A stretch of 64,000 nt of DNA from Felis catus (Eukaryota). Below, piece after piece: positions 21,345 through 32,142 of the stretch. The notes under the pieces are model-generated. The model saw nothing but the letters and a program-made list of their open reading frames with translations, was not told the origin of the DNA and did not search any database. The translations under genes and the position numbers were made by a program. The DNA is taken from positions 184,204,001 to 184,268,000 of the forward strand of contig NC_058368.1 of the NCBI RefSeq assembly GCF_018350175.1, in the 5' to 3' direction. How positions within the stretch are numbered: position 1 is the first letter of the stretch; every line of letters begins with the position of its first letter.

Positions 21345-21980
21345 CTATCCTGAGGCTACTTCTGTTCTCTATTTACATATTTTCATTCAATCTCATTATC
21401 CTAAATACAATGATTCTGCCAACGACACCCAAATTTCTATTGTCTGCTTTGACTTCTTCCTGAGATTTAATACTCTGAATTCCAGTGGCTCAACATTTTC
21501 ACATGGTTTGCAAATGCACTTAGCAGAGAGCCCCAATTCCTCACTGTTTATAATGTCCTCCTTGATCTCACCTCATCTTGCTCCTCTCTCAGCCACTGCA
21601 TTCTAGTCAGATGCATATTTTCATTTCAGCTTCACTACTTGTGCAGCAACCAGTCCTTCTGCCTTCAGAATGATCTCTCCCACTGATCTTCACAAGGCTG
21701 GCTTCTGTCCATTCAAATCCCAGCTCAAGTGGCACTTCGTAGAAGTCTTCCCTTTTGACCCAACCTAAATTACCTAAACTTCCTACTTTTTTTTTCCTTA
21801 ATGGCAGTTAAAACTCTTTGAAAGTGTATTTGTTTATTTGTTGAATTCTCTTTCCCCACTAGAATATAAGTATTATAAGAGCTAACCTACACTGTCTTGT
21901 TCACCACTGTGTTTCCAAGACTTAGAACAGATACTGTCACATAGTGGGTACTCACATATTGCTTAAATGAGTGAATGAGT
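21345..21980 (+). mobile_element. L2 3' region
   Basis: CAGCTCAAGTGGCACTTC...CCCCACTAGAATATAAG...GTCTTGTTCACCACTGTGTTTCCAAGACTTAGAACAG...AATGAGTGAATGA. Confidence 0.8.
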
Positions 21981-23084
21981 ACATTCTAGGGAAAAAGAAT
22001 CCCAAAACAGTATCAGCATCATGATACATGGGAAGTTAGTAAGAGGATGTGGCATCTCTTACCCTCCTTGCCCCCAAATACTAGCCTTCTTTTAGCCTGT
22101 AAAATCGTAGTACAAAGAATAATGTATTGTGGAGAGATTTATGGTATCATAGAGCAGATTTCCAACTAGGTTCTTGGTTTTTCTAGACTGAACACTTCTT
22201 TAGGCTAAAAAAAAAAAAAAAGTAGAACTGTTATTCCTTTGAGTTCTAAACAACTTACAATTCAGACACGCTTTTGCCCTAATGGCCATGTTAACTAATT
22301 AACAGAAACCTTCCAATGTATTTGCCCTCTCTCTCTGGTCCTGAGATTGTCAATTATTATTATCTGCATTACAGACGTGTGTAGAGTAATGGTCTCATGG
22401 GCACAAAATGTTTCCCAGCATAATATATACAACCAAACAGCAGTTCTGTTTAATGAATAAGAATGTGATGAACTATGTCATTCAGAAAGTATGGATTGAG
22501 AAAACAATCTAGTTTCTCAAAATTTCTTAGATTTCATCTTGTTTTCCCAGCATAAATTCTCACAGTCCCTATTAGATAATGAGCATTTAATAAATGGTTT
22601 TTAATTGAATCAACTTTAAGGTATGTTAGTTTCTACATTAAAAAATAAACATAAAATATCCTTAAGCATTTGGTCAGTTTTTTATTTGGTCCTTACAATT
22701 TATGTTATCTTTTAGAGAACAGTTCATGTATAATTTCCTTAGTGTCATATCATGAGAAAGTAAATTCTTTACATTAATTCAATGTTTCTTCTTATATACT
22801 CTTTTTATATTGTATAGTGTCAGTGGTTTATATCCTGAAGTTAATTCACATTTTTTATACTCAGTGTTGATATTGGTATTTATTTTTATTTAATAATCTT
22901 TTCTTTTGAAAGAAACTGTATGCTATTGTCCCATCAGTTCTGAGCCTTAGTGTCAAAACTGAAGAATCATATTTACCAGTCAAACTAATGATTCTTCTTA
23001 TACAAATTCTCTGGCAGAAGAAAGGGACTAGAAAAACATGGGTCTAGATATACATTTTAGGAAAAGTTTGTGTGAATAAATATA

Positions 23085-23362
23085 ATTTCTTTGTTAAACA
23101 TTCAGTGAAGCCATCTGGTTCTGGAGTTTTCTTTCTGGGAAAAATTTTTACCACAATTTTTATTTCTTTAATGTATATGGGACTTATGTTTGTTATCTAT
23201 TTATTCCTATGAAAGCTTTGATAGTTTCTGTCTTTCAGGGAATTTTTTATTTCCTATAAACTGCTAAAATTAGTAATATAAAGTTGTTCACAATGTTCTC
23301 TTATCCTCTTTTTAATATCTGTATAATGTATAGTGAAAATTTTTATTTTTGATATTGGTGAA
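23085..23362 (-). mobile_element. L1 ORF2 fragment
   Basis: CAGTGAAGCCATCTGGTTCTGGAGTTTTCTTT...ATTTCTTTAAT...AAAGTTGTTCACAAT matches antisense L1M ORF2. Confidence 0.75.
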
Positions 23363-23499
23363 TTGTGCAAAATATAACTTTATATCTCAATTTGAGTTTG
23401 TAAGATAAACAGAATTTAAAAGAAGTTTATTTCTTCTACAAAACTTAAAATTTTCTTAGCTTAAGTATATTTTCAATAATTAAAATTTTAACAAATTTC

Positions 23500-23650
23500 A
23501 GCACACCCCAAATTTTAGCATTGCTTTCCCATTTTATAGAGGAGAAAACTGAGATGTGGAAAAAAAGGGGCGGGGGGTTTCACCAAGACAAGGTAGCTAC
23601 TTGATGGAACATCTAGATTTGAAACTATTCCAATTTTATGTCCTAATATT
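23500..23650 (-). mobile_element. MIR remnant
   Basis: CCCATTTTATAGAGGAGAAAACTGAG...CCAAGACA...AGCTA...GATTTGAA core. Confidence 0.7.
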
Positions 23651-23821
23651 AAATCACACTTAGGAAATTTTTACCCAATTATTCTTTATAAAATTTGAAA
23701 CTTGATATCTTCTTCAAGGATTATTATTACAATTACATTTCTCATTCAAAAAATTATAATCATTTAAACATCTTAATTAAAAGTTATCATATAAATCATA
23801 TAAACCTTTTCTAATTATTCT

Positions 23822-23839
23822 ACACACACACACACACAC

Positions 23840-23884
<45 letters not shown>
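23822..23884. repeat. Compound inverted microsatellite (AC)9-CTCT-(GT)n
   Basis: Directly visible. Confidence 0.97.
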
Positions 23885-23887
<3 letters not shown>

Positions 23888-24510
23888 TACTTTTTTTTAT
23901 GATTACTGTGATTCTTCTGGTCTTTGCAGCCACCTGCCCGTCTCTTGATGCTTGTAATGTGGCAATTAACCAGCAGCTTCTTAATGACCTAATTAAACCA
24001 TAATGATTGAGGTACAAGGCATTTCCTGGGGATTAATGGCCAACTGAGAAGAGTTGATGGCCCATGGCATAGCTGAGAGCCATTAACCCTAACCAGCCAT
24101 TAATCCTATGAAAACACTGTATACAGAAGTTATTATTATAAGCTCAAAATGAAAACAATGAAGTATGGTATATTTACATGCAGTGAAATTATACTTGCTA
24201 AATATGGCATCTTACTAAAGAACAAATGTTTGAATTGCTCTAAAATAATCACTCGACCTTTAAAACCTACTGCCAACACTGCAGAGATATTTAGTGAATT
24301 AAATAAGCATTTCTTGAGTATTGAAAATTACAGGAGACAACTGGAGCTATATTAAGTCAACAAGAAGAAAGTAGTGCCTCTTGAGACCTGAGGTCAGAAA
24401 AGAGTTGGGATTCAGGAATAATGGAAACTGGAATTTAGAGAGATGTGTGGAATCCAAACAGTATTCTCTATATCTCTTCCATCTTTCCCTCTCTTGAAAT
24501 AGGTATTTTG

Positions 24511-24514
<4 letters not shown>

Positions 24515-24556
<42 letters not shown>
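24515..24556. repeat. (CT)21 microsatellite
   Basis: Pure CT run. Confidence 0.95.
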
Positions 24557-24561
<5 letters not shown>

Positions 24562-24799
24562 TCAGCTTCCTTTGCTTCAAAGACATACGAAGAAATAAGG
24601 TTACTCACAGTGCCTTTGATAACATGTTACATGTTTAGACACTCAAAGAGATTAAATCTCTTAAATTCCAACTACATGTTCCTAAATTAGGGAATCTGGC
24701 CAATTTGGGAGCGGGAAACTAATTAGGATTTAATCAACAGTGGCTCAGTATGTTTGTATGAGTGTGTGTTTACCTTGTTAGAAAATGAATACATGACAA

Positions 24800-25479
24800 T
24801 CAATCCCACATAAAAAAAGATTAGTGTCATTTATCACTAGAGAAACACAAAGTAAAACTACAATGAGATACTACTTGACATACCCGTTAGGTTAGTTTAA
24901 AAAGATTAACCATACCAAGGAATGTAGAAACTGAAACTGTCATAAATTGTTGGTAGAAATTTAAAGGGGCAAAATGAAACACTTCCAGCTTCTTAAATAG
25001 TTAAACATACATCTACCATACGATCCAGTCATTCTAATTCTAGGTATTTCCTGAAGAAAAATGAAAACATGTGTCCACATATAGACTTGTACATGAATGT
25101 TCATAATAGCTTTATTTGTAATAACCACTATATGAAAGCAATCCAAATATCTATCCACATGAAACAACGTGTATAATTATCAAAATATTTTCACTGAGTG
25201 AAACAAGCCAAATGAAAAGAGTACTCACTGTATGATTTTGTTTATACAAAATTCAGGAAGACAAATTAATCTTTAGTAACAGAAAATATATCAGTGGTTA
25301 TTTAGGTTTGGGAATGGAAGGGAGAGATTACAAATGATAAAAGTTTGCAGTGATAGGTATGTACATTATCTTGATGGTGGTTGTGGTTTCAAGGGTGTAT
25401 ACTTGTGTCAAATAGTCCACATTAAATATGTATAGTGCATTGTAAGTCAATTATACCTCAATAAAGCTATTTTTTAAAA
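24800..25479 (+). mobile_element. L1M (L1MD/L1ME-like) 3' end
   Basis: AAAACTACAATGAGATACTAC, GTTAAACATACATCTACCATACGATCCAG, ATGAAAACATGTGTCCAC, ends TTATACCTCAATAAAGCT. Confidence 0.85.
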
Positions 25480-25784
25480 GCTGTTCTATGCCTAACACAG
25501 AAGCAGAGACTGTCATGACATAACAGGGATGTGTCATGTGATCAGTTGCTGTTTCTCAACATTTTATGTGCAAAATATTTAAGAACCTATAAAGTGAGTT
25601 AAGCAAAAACTATACTTGTAAGGACTTGGCTACATCTTACTTATAAAGCGTTATAATCTGTGTTTTGAAGGGAATAGGATGTTTTTTTTAAAGACAGAAG
25701 ATAATACAAAATGTTATGTATTATAAAGAAGGTAAAATATATCTAGAAGGTATTTTAAAGCAGAGAGAGATTATTTCCAAATGA

Positions 25785-26045
25785 GAATGTAAGAAAAGAC
25801 TGCATAAAATAATGATATTTGAAGTGAGACTTGAAGAACATACAGAATTCCAGTGGGTGTGAGTTGCTTAGACCAGCATGAACAGGGACTCAGAGGCAGG
25901 AAAATTTGGTGTGTTATTAAAAACACTAAAAAATCCAATTTTGCTGTAGCATAGCAGGTGACCTGGGGAGTAGTAAAAGAGAAAGGCAGAAAGGTAAGTT
26001 GGAGCATATACTGTTCAAGTTCTTAAATATGGCAGTTAGGATTAT
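25785..26045 (-). mobile_element. L2 remnant
   Basis: ATATTTGAAGTGAGACTTGAAGA...CAGCATGAACA...GAGGCAGGAAA...GGCAGAAAGGTAAGTTGGAGC. Confidence 0.5.
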
Positions 26046-26054
26046 ATTTAATTT

Positions 26055-27150
26055 GGGATTTCCACTTCCAAGTAAGATGTAATAGGTTGAGACACTCATT
26101 TATACACACAGAAAATGGGAAAATTATAAAAATCATACTTCTAAAAAACAATGTACAGCTGTGGAACCAGATAAGACTATATGAATTAAATTCTAGAGAG
26201 AGAAGAGTTTTCCTAGACAAGTTGAGATCACCAGCTAGATTTTTTTCCCCTGGAGAAATAGGCTGAGACTGAGGATACCTCATTAGAGGCAGAAGGACTC
26301 TAAAAGAGGAAAAGGAAAGCTGAAGAGTATTTGGGCTATGTTTTCTTGCATGGCAGATTGAAATCTAGAGGAGCCCCAAATGTACATCTAGTGCTATCAT
26401 AGTACAGAAAGCTGGAGGTTAGCAGAAAAGCACAGTGAAATAACTCCCAATCTCATAATGCTTTGGCATCAAAGTTATTTTAAAAGAAGGGGTTTACAAA
26501 AAATACACTGATGCTCTCTTTGCCAGGTTTTGAATTTGTGTGAAGTAGGAAGCTAAAGAATTAAGTTTAAAACCTCCAAAAGGCGATGCTTCAGGCAAGA
26601 CAAGGCCAGGATATCAATCAAAAGCCAGAGAAGGCTATGGTGAAAGAGGGAATAGTGAAGCTTCATGGTGCTTAGAAGAAAAAGTGCCATTAGAAGACAG
26701 ATAATATAACAAACACATTACAGAACTTGCCCTTCAAATACATGTGGACTATGGCTAACTAAAAAATAATCTCAGGCCCAACGCAGATTAATTTGTTTGA
26801 ATACAAATGACCCTTCAAATTATCTGCTTAATAAAGGAAAGAGCCAATCCTCTCTGGATAAAAGTAACATTTCTTTAGTCACTATTATTCTTTAAAAACA
26901 ATTACTGGAATATGTTTTTTTTAAGTTGGGACTTTAAAAGAGTAAGGAAAATATGATAATAAATTAAGAGAAAAATCAGACAATAGAAGCAGACCTAGAA
27001 ATTGTTGGAGACAGTAGTCAAGTTGTTGGAGATAGTAGGCAAGGACTTTTAAAATAATGGTTATAAAAATGTTAAAATAACTGAAGAAAAGATGCACAAA
27101 CTGAAGAGATGAAGAATTTAAACAGAGACTTAGAATTCATATGAAAGAAC
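26055..27150 (+). mobile_element. Old L1ME/HAL1-like 5' region and ORF1 start
   Basis: ACTTCC...AAGATG start; AAAATCAGACAATAGAAGCAGACC...AAGGACTTTTAAAATA...GAATTTAAACAGAGA typical of old L1 ORF1 start. Confidence 0.5.
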
Positions 27151-27167
27151 AACTAGATAGTCTGAAA

Positions 27168-27318
27168 CAGTGGTAACAAATTTTTTGGTAAGGCACCAAT
27201 GAGTAAATACTGTGGGTCATGTAGTTTCTGTCAAAGTAGGTAAGTCCATTGCCGTGGTATGGAAGCAGGCATAGACGACAGACAAACAAGTGGATGTGGC
27301 TGTATTCTAATGAAACTT
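27168..27318 (+). mobile_element. MER58A (hAT) fragment
   Basis: AGTAAATA...TGTGGGTCAT...AAGCAGGCATAGAC...GTGGCTGTATTCTAATGAAACTT collinear with MER58A. Confidence 0.75.
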
Positions 27319-28374
27319 GTTGAAGATAAGTTTTAAGATAGAGAAATACCTTGCAGAAAAATAAAGACACAGATAAACTTGAAGTTTTAAGATGAAGAGG
27401 GATTTTTGTAAGAAGGAATAAGAAAGATAAATTTAGCCTGGTGTTTTTGATTTATAGGACCAAGAAAGTTGATAAAACATAATAAAAATGATCAGTTACT
27501 GGTGTATCTTTATCACATTAGTCATATTGATATAAATTTAAGTGACAGTAAAAGTCCTAAATAGCAAACTATGCAAATTATTCAAAATTATTCTATGGTG
27601 ATCAAACTTTATTAAAATAAATGTATTGCTAGAATTCACATAGACATTCCTCTTGACCTAAAAGTTAGAGCAGATACTCATTGTCTTACTCTAGGGAATT
27701 ATCCAGTAGAAAAGAGGAGTGAAATAAACTCAGGCTCATTCCTCTCCTTCTTTAAGCTTTGTACATTGTGTGAACTACTTCATAAACCAGGGGTAACTTT
27801 ATTTTATTTTTCCTAATAATCATTTGATCACTGATCTGTCCCAATTAGCAGGGATAGTATTAGCACTCTCTCTCTCTCTCTCTCTCTTTAGGCTTCATTT
27901 CACTTTGCTAAATATCCATAAATCCTGGGAATTTATCCTATCCAAAAGGAGAAGTATTCAATTGTTTAATTACTGACATGGATCCTGAAGACAATCCAAC
28001 ATTAGTCACTCTCTTCTACAAATTCTGAGATTCTTATTTTATGCTCAGATATTTAATCATTTTTCTCATCATAGATATTTTTCATTTAGGGGTCTCTGTC
28101 CTTTCCTGCTCCAGAGCCTTGGTGGGAGTCAGAGGGTTCTTATTCAGAGAAGTCTTCAAAGTTTGAATTTCATCCTTTCTCTCTTAACATAACTGCTGGG
28201 CTTATGCAAATTGTGTAGCTCTTCCCAAGAAATCAGCATTGTCCTTCAGCAGTCTTTATTAGTGGCAGCCTCAAGACAAGGGGTTCTGCCACAACCTAAT
28301 TCCAAGACTACAAGAACCTCCTCATGCCCTATTCACTTTAGGATTCAGAACCCATACTTTTAATGAAACATTAA

Positions 28375-28560
28375 GCTAACATTTTCAGTGACCCATGGAA
28401 CACCTTCATCAGAAGTACCTGGGATACTTATTTAAAAGGCAGACTCATGGGTCTCATCCCAGGTCCACTAACTCACAATTTCTTAAGGTGGGCCCTACCA
28501 CATCTTCACTTTCAGTCAGCTCTTTGGGTGATGCTTATGTCCAAATCCTGAGAACCACTG
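28375..28560. mobile_element. MER5-family (hAT) remnant
   Basis: CATCAGAAGTACCTGGG...GCAGACTCATGGGTCTCATCCCAG...GGTGATGCTTATG...TGAGAACCACTG terminus. Confidence 0.7.
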
Positions 28561-30970
28561 AACCAGAATAATTGCTCAGAACCCCTTACATCTAACTCTA
28601 ATAATCCATATTCCTAAGAAATAGATATAATATTTAGTCCGTAAACTTCTCTTCCCCTTCAGTGGACAAGTTTCCATTAAATAACAAGTATTACTCTGTT
28701 TGTGTGTGTGGTGATAGGAGGTGGAACTATTCTTCTACTAGTACATCAAACCTACAAACTGTTTCATCCTGGGATCATAATTCCTCCCTATACATAACTG
28801 CCACTAAAGATATGACCAAAATGGTTTAAAAACTGTTAGCATGTTTTCTTCCACTATTAACTTAAAAGTCTTATCATGTTATTCCATTCTTCTGAAAAAA
28901 CTTCAGAGAAGCCAGTATTTCTGGTAATCAGAAAAGCAGATGTTTCGGAAAAACAAAGTATTAGTGGTATAGCCTTCAAAACTAGACCTCAGGAGATACA
29001 GAAATTAATAAAAGAAGGAAACTTGCTCTAAAAATATAAGTCATTGGCAGTAAGGTAACATCATTAGTTTATAGATTAAGCAGTCCTTAAAATTTAAGGC
29101 CTTAATAATCTTAATGCTATCATATAACATGCATGCAGTTTACAAATAACAATTGAGAATTGGTCTTACTTAAGTGTGATAAATAAAAGGAAGGACTTTA
29201 ATTCATTATAATTTACTACAGACTGATTTGAGCCAAGAGAAGGAAATTGAATTCTCCCCTTTTACATGTGGAAAATTGAACAGATAATAGTAGAGAAGCC
29301 TGGATGACATCGTTGCTCTTTCCCAGATAAATGCCTAAGTGTTTCCCATATTAATGTGCCACCTGATAAAAATGTTTGTCCAGATTCAATGGAAAGATCA
29401 ATATGAAGAGAAAGATGTTTTACAGCCTCTGTATTTTCTTTCTAGAATAACTGTCAACTCATAATTAGAATGAAGGTCAAACTATTCCAAAGAGACTTCT
29501 CTCTCGACTTTCAAAACATTAATAAACACTCTGTGAGCATTATTCTTTTGCCCATTTGTCAGACAACCAATCCTTATCTGCAATTCCAGCAATTATGTGA
29601 ATCCTAGAAATTGGGTATATAGATCAACTCGCTGAATCTTTATCTTCAACTGAAATTTAATATGAATCAAACAGTATTGAAAATGTGTCAGGTTCCATCA
29701 TGATAAAAGTGAACATATTAATGGCACTTTTTGGTTTGAGAATGTTCCTTTAATTTCATACCTGCATGGTTAAAGTCCTTTAAAGCAGGTCTGTGATGAG
29801 GTTACAAAGTGTATAATTTCCTTTAACTAGAGATGTTGAGGACAGCTGTATTAGACATTTTACTTATTTCCATATTCTCTATATTAGCCCAGCTGGATAG
29901 GCTTCTCTTGGGTAAGTAACATTTTGACTTATTTTGCTTTGTTTGTTGTGGACAGACTTGGTAGTGTGAAGAAGGCTGGCGCCAGACATAGGTAGTAGAT
30001 CTACAAGGGCATGGAGCCCAGGTGAACGTCTCGGTGTGGGAATTGCAGCCCTTCTCTAGAGCCAACTGTCCTACAGTGTCCTCATCTCATTAAAGGTTAA
30101 TTAGTTTCTTTTCAGCCTGTAGCTCTGTGATATATTATGTGGGTCATAAAGATGATATGAACATGTACTTGGCATGAGATTGTGGACTAACCATATTCAT
30201 TATGGAGGCATAAATTCACTGTTCTGGGGCCATTTCTATTCTGGCAATGCAAAAATAGTCTCTAGGAAAATCAGACTAAAGATTGGGACATTGCTCACAT
30301 CCAGACTCGAGGGGTGAAAATGATCCATTACTAGAAGGAGAACAAATTTCTTAGGGCCGGTAACAAAGTTACTCCCAATTTCAGAAGGGGACATGAAACT
30401 CACAATTTTATTATATTCTGTAGGAAATTGGATTTAAGAAGCTACAACTATAGGGGAAAAAACATGAAATGAACTTGTCAGGACTTTAATATCTCTGTGT
30501 TCAATTTACCACTGCCATATAATTGCTATTGGCAGGGTAGGAAGTATCAACAGAAACAAAAGGATGTGAAAATCCAGCTCTCTAAAACCTGCTAGAGATA
30601 GTAAAATTTGAAAATAAGTTTTAAATAAAAATCATTCCATTTGTGTGCAGAAATTCTACAGACCTCCTTGTAACTAGGAGATGAGAGTTTGGGCAGTTCC
30701 TAGGAATCAGATATTATGAACAATTGATTCTAATAATTTATCAAACTGTTATTTTACTTTATTGCATCCCTTTTTATAAAATTATTATTTTCATTTTGAC
30801 AAAATATACATAAAATTTACCATTTTAACCATGTTTAAGTATACAGCACAGTGGAAATGCCACTTCTTGCACCCTAAATTATAAAATATACCTGCAACAT
30901 GTTGGTCTCATGAGTGATTGAAATCAATGTTTTCCTAATAATTGAAGGGGAAGTATTTGAGAACCACTTT

Positions 30971-31113
30971 AGAGACTCTTAAAACTGAGAACAAACTGAG
31001 GGTTGATGGGGGATGGGCAATGGGCATTGAGGAGGGCACCTGTTGGGATGAGTACTGGGTGTTGTATGGAAACCAATTTGACAATAAATTTCATATTAAT
31101 AAAAAAAAAAATA
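30971..31113 (+). mobile_element. Felid L1 (L1_Fc-like) extreme 3' end
   Basis: AGAGACTCTTAAAACTGAGAACAAACTGAGGGTTGATGGG...GTTGTATGGAAACCAATTTGACAATAAATTTCATATT + polyA. Confidence 0.9.
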
Positions 31114-31295
31114 AAGACACTAAACTGTTGGCTGGAAGACAGCCACAGCTCCCCTCCATGATGGGCCAAAACAGAACTCCTCCTTGCCCTGGGAGTCAGC
31201 ACTGTGGCCCAGGCCCTCAATAGCACTCCTGGGTGTCTCTGCCATGTTTCCTTTCTTTTTCACTCTTTCCTGTACCTCCACATAAAAATCTCCAG

Positions 31296-31351
31296 CACAC
31301 ACGCGCGCGCACACACACACACACATACACACAGACACACACACACACACA
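31296..31351. repeat. (CA)n microsatellite with a (CG)4 core
   Basis: CACACACGCGCGCGCACACAC... Confidence 0.95.
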
Positions 31352-31581
31352 AAACACTACAATGTATTTTAGAACAGTTATTGAGAGTGTGGCATTCATT
31401 TTACAAATACAAGCCCTATGCCCTGATTTCTTGAAATAGTATTTTTTCAAAAATTGCTATCTTTTTTAATTCTAAAATTGTAATTTATTTAAACTGAAAA
31501 TGCTTATAATTTCTTATAGTGAATACTGCCAAGACAAATAAAATTTAACATCTATTTTGGTTAAGAAAGCACACACAGGAT

Positions 31582-31794
31582 GGGGCGCCTGGTTAAGCAT
31601 CCAACTTCAGCTCAGGTTGTGATCTCACGGTTCTTGAGTTCAAGCCCCACACTGGGCTCTGTGCTGACAGCTTGGAGCCTGGAATCTGCTTTGGATTCTG
31701 TGTCTCCCTTTCTGTCTCTGCCTCTCCCCCACCTGTACTCTGTCTCTGTCTCTGTCCCTCTCTCTCTCTCAAACATAAGCATTAAAAAAAAAAA
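31582..31794 (+). mobile_element. SINEC with internal 13-nt deletion in the A-box region
   Basis: GGGGCGCCT^GGTTAAGC; TSD TTAAGAAAGCACACACAGGA at 31561-31580 and 31795-31814. Confidence 0.95.
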
Positions 31795-31904
31795 TTAAGA
31801 AAGCACACACAGGAATGCAAATATCAGTTAACATTTAACAACCAAGAAAAAAGTTGGTTCCTTTACTGGAGACATGTGTAATGACTGGAATACAACCCAA
31901 ACTT

Positions 31905-31938
31905 CTATTTTTTTAAGTTGTTTGTTTATTTATTTATT

Positions 31939-31978
<40 letters not shown>

Positions 31979-32142
31979 GCAAGCAGGGAAGGGGCAGAGA
32001 AAGGGAGAGACAGGATCCCAAGCAGGCTCCGAGCTGTCAGTACAGAACCCAATGCTGGACTTGAACACACAAGCTGTGGGATCATGACCCAAGCTGAGAT
32101 CAAGAGTCGGATGCTTAACGGAATGATCCACCCAGGGGCCCC
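31905..32142 (-). mobile_element. SINEC
   Basis: Antisense SINEC with (GA)n; TSD ACCCAAACTT at 31895-31904 and 32144-32153. Confidence 0.95.

Noticed and set aside
27002..27038. Direct repeat TTGTTGGAGA(C/T)AGTAG (also the 10-bp CCCCCTTATG duplication at 49351-49370)
   Set aside because: Ordinary small slippage duplications inside decayed repeats
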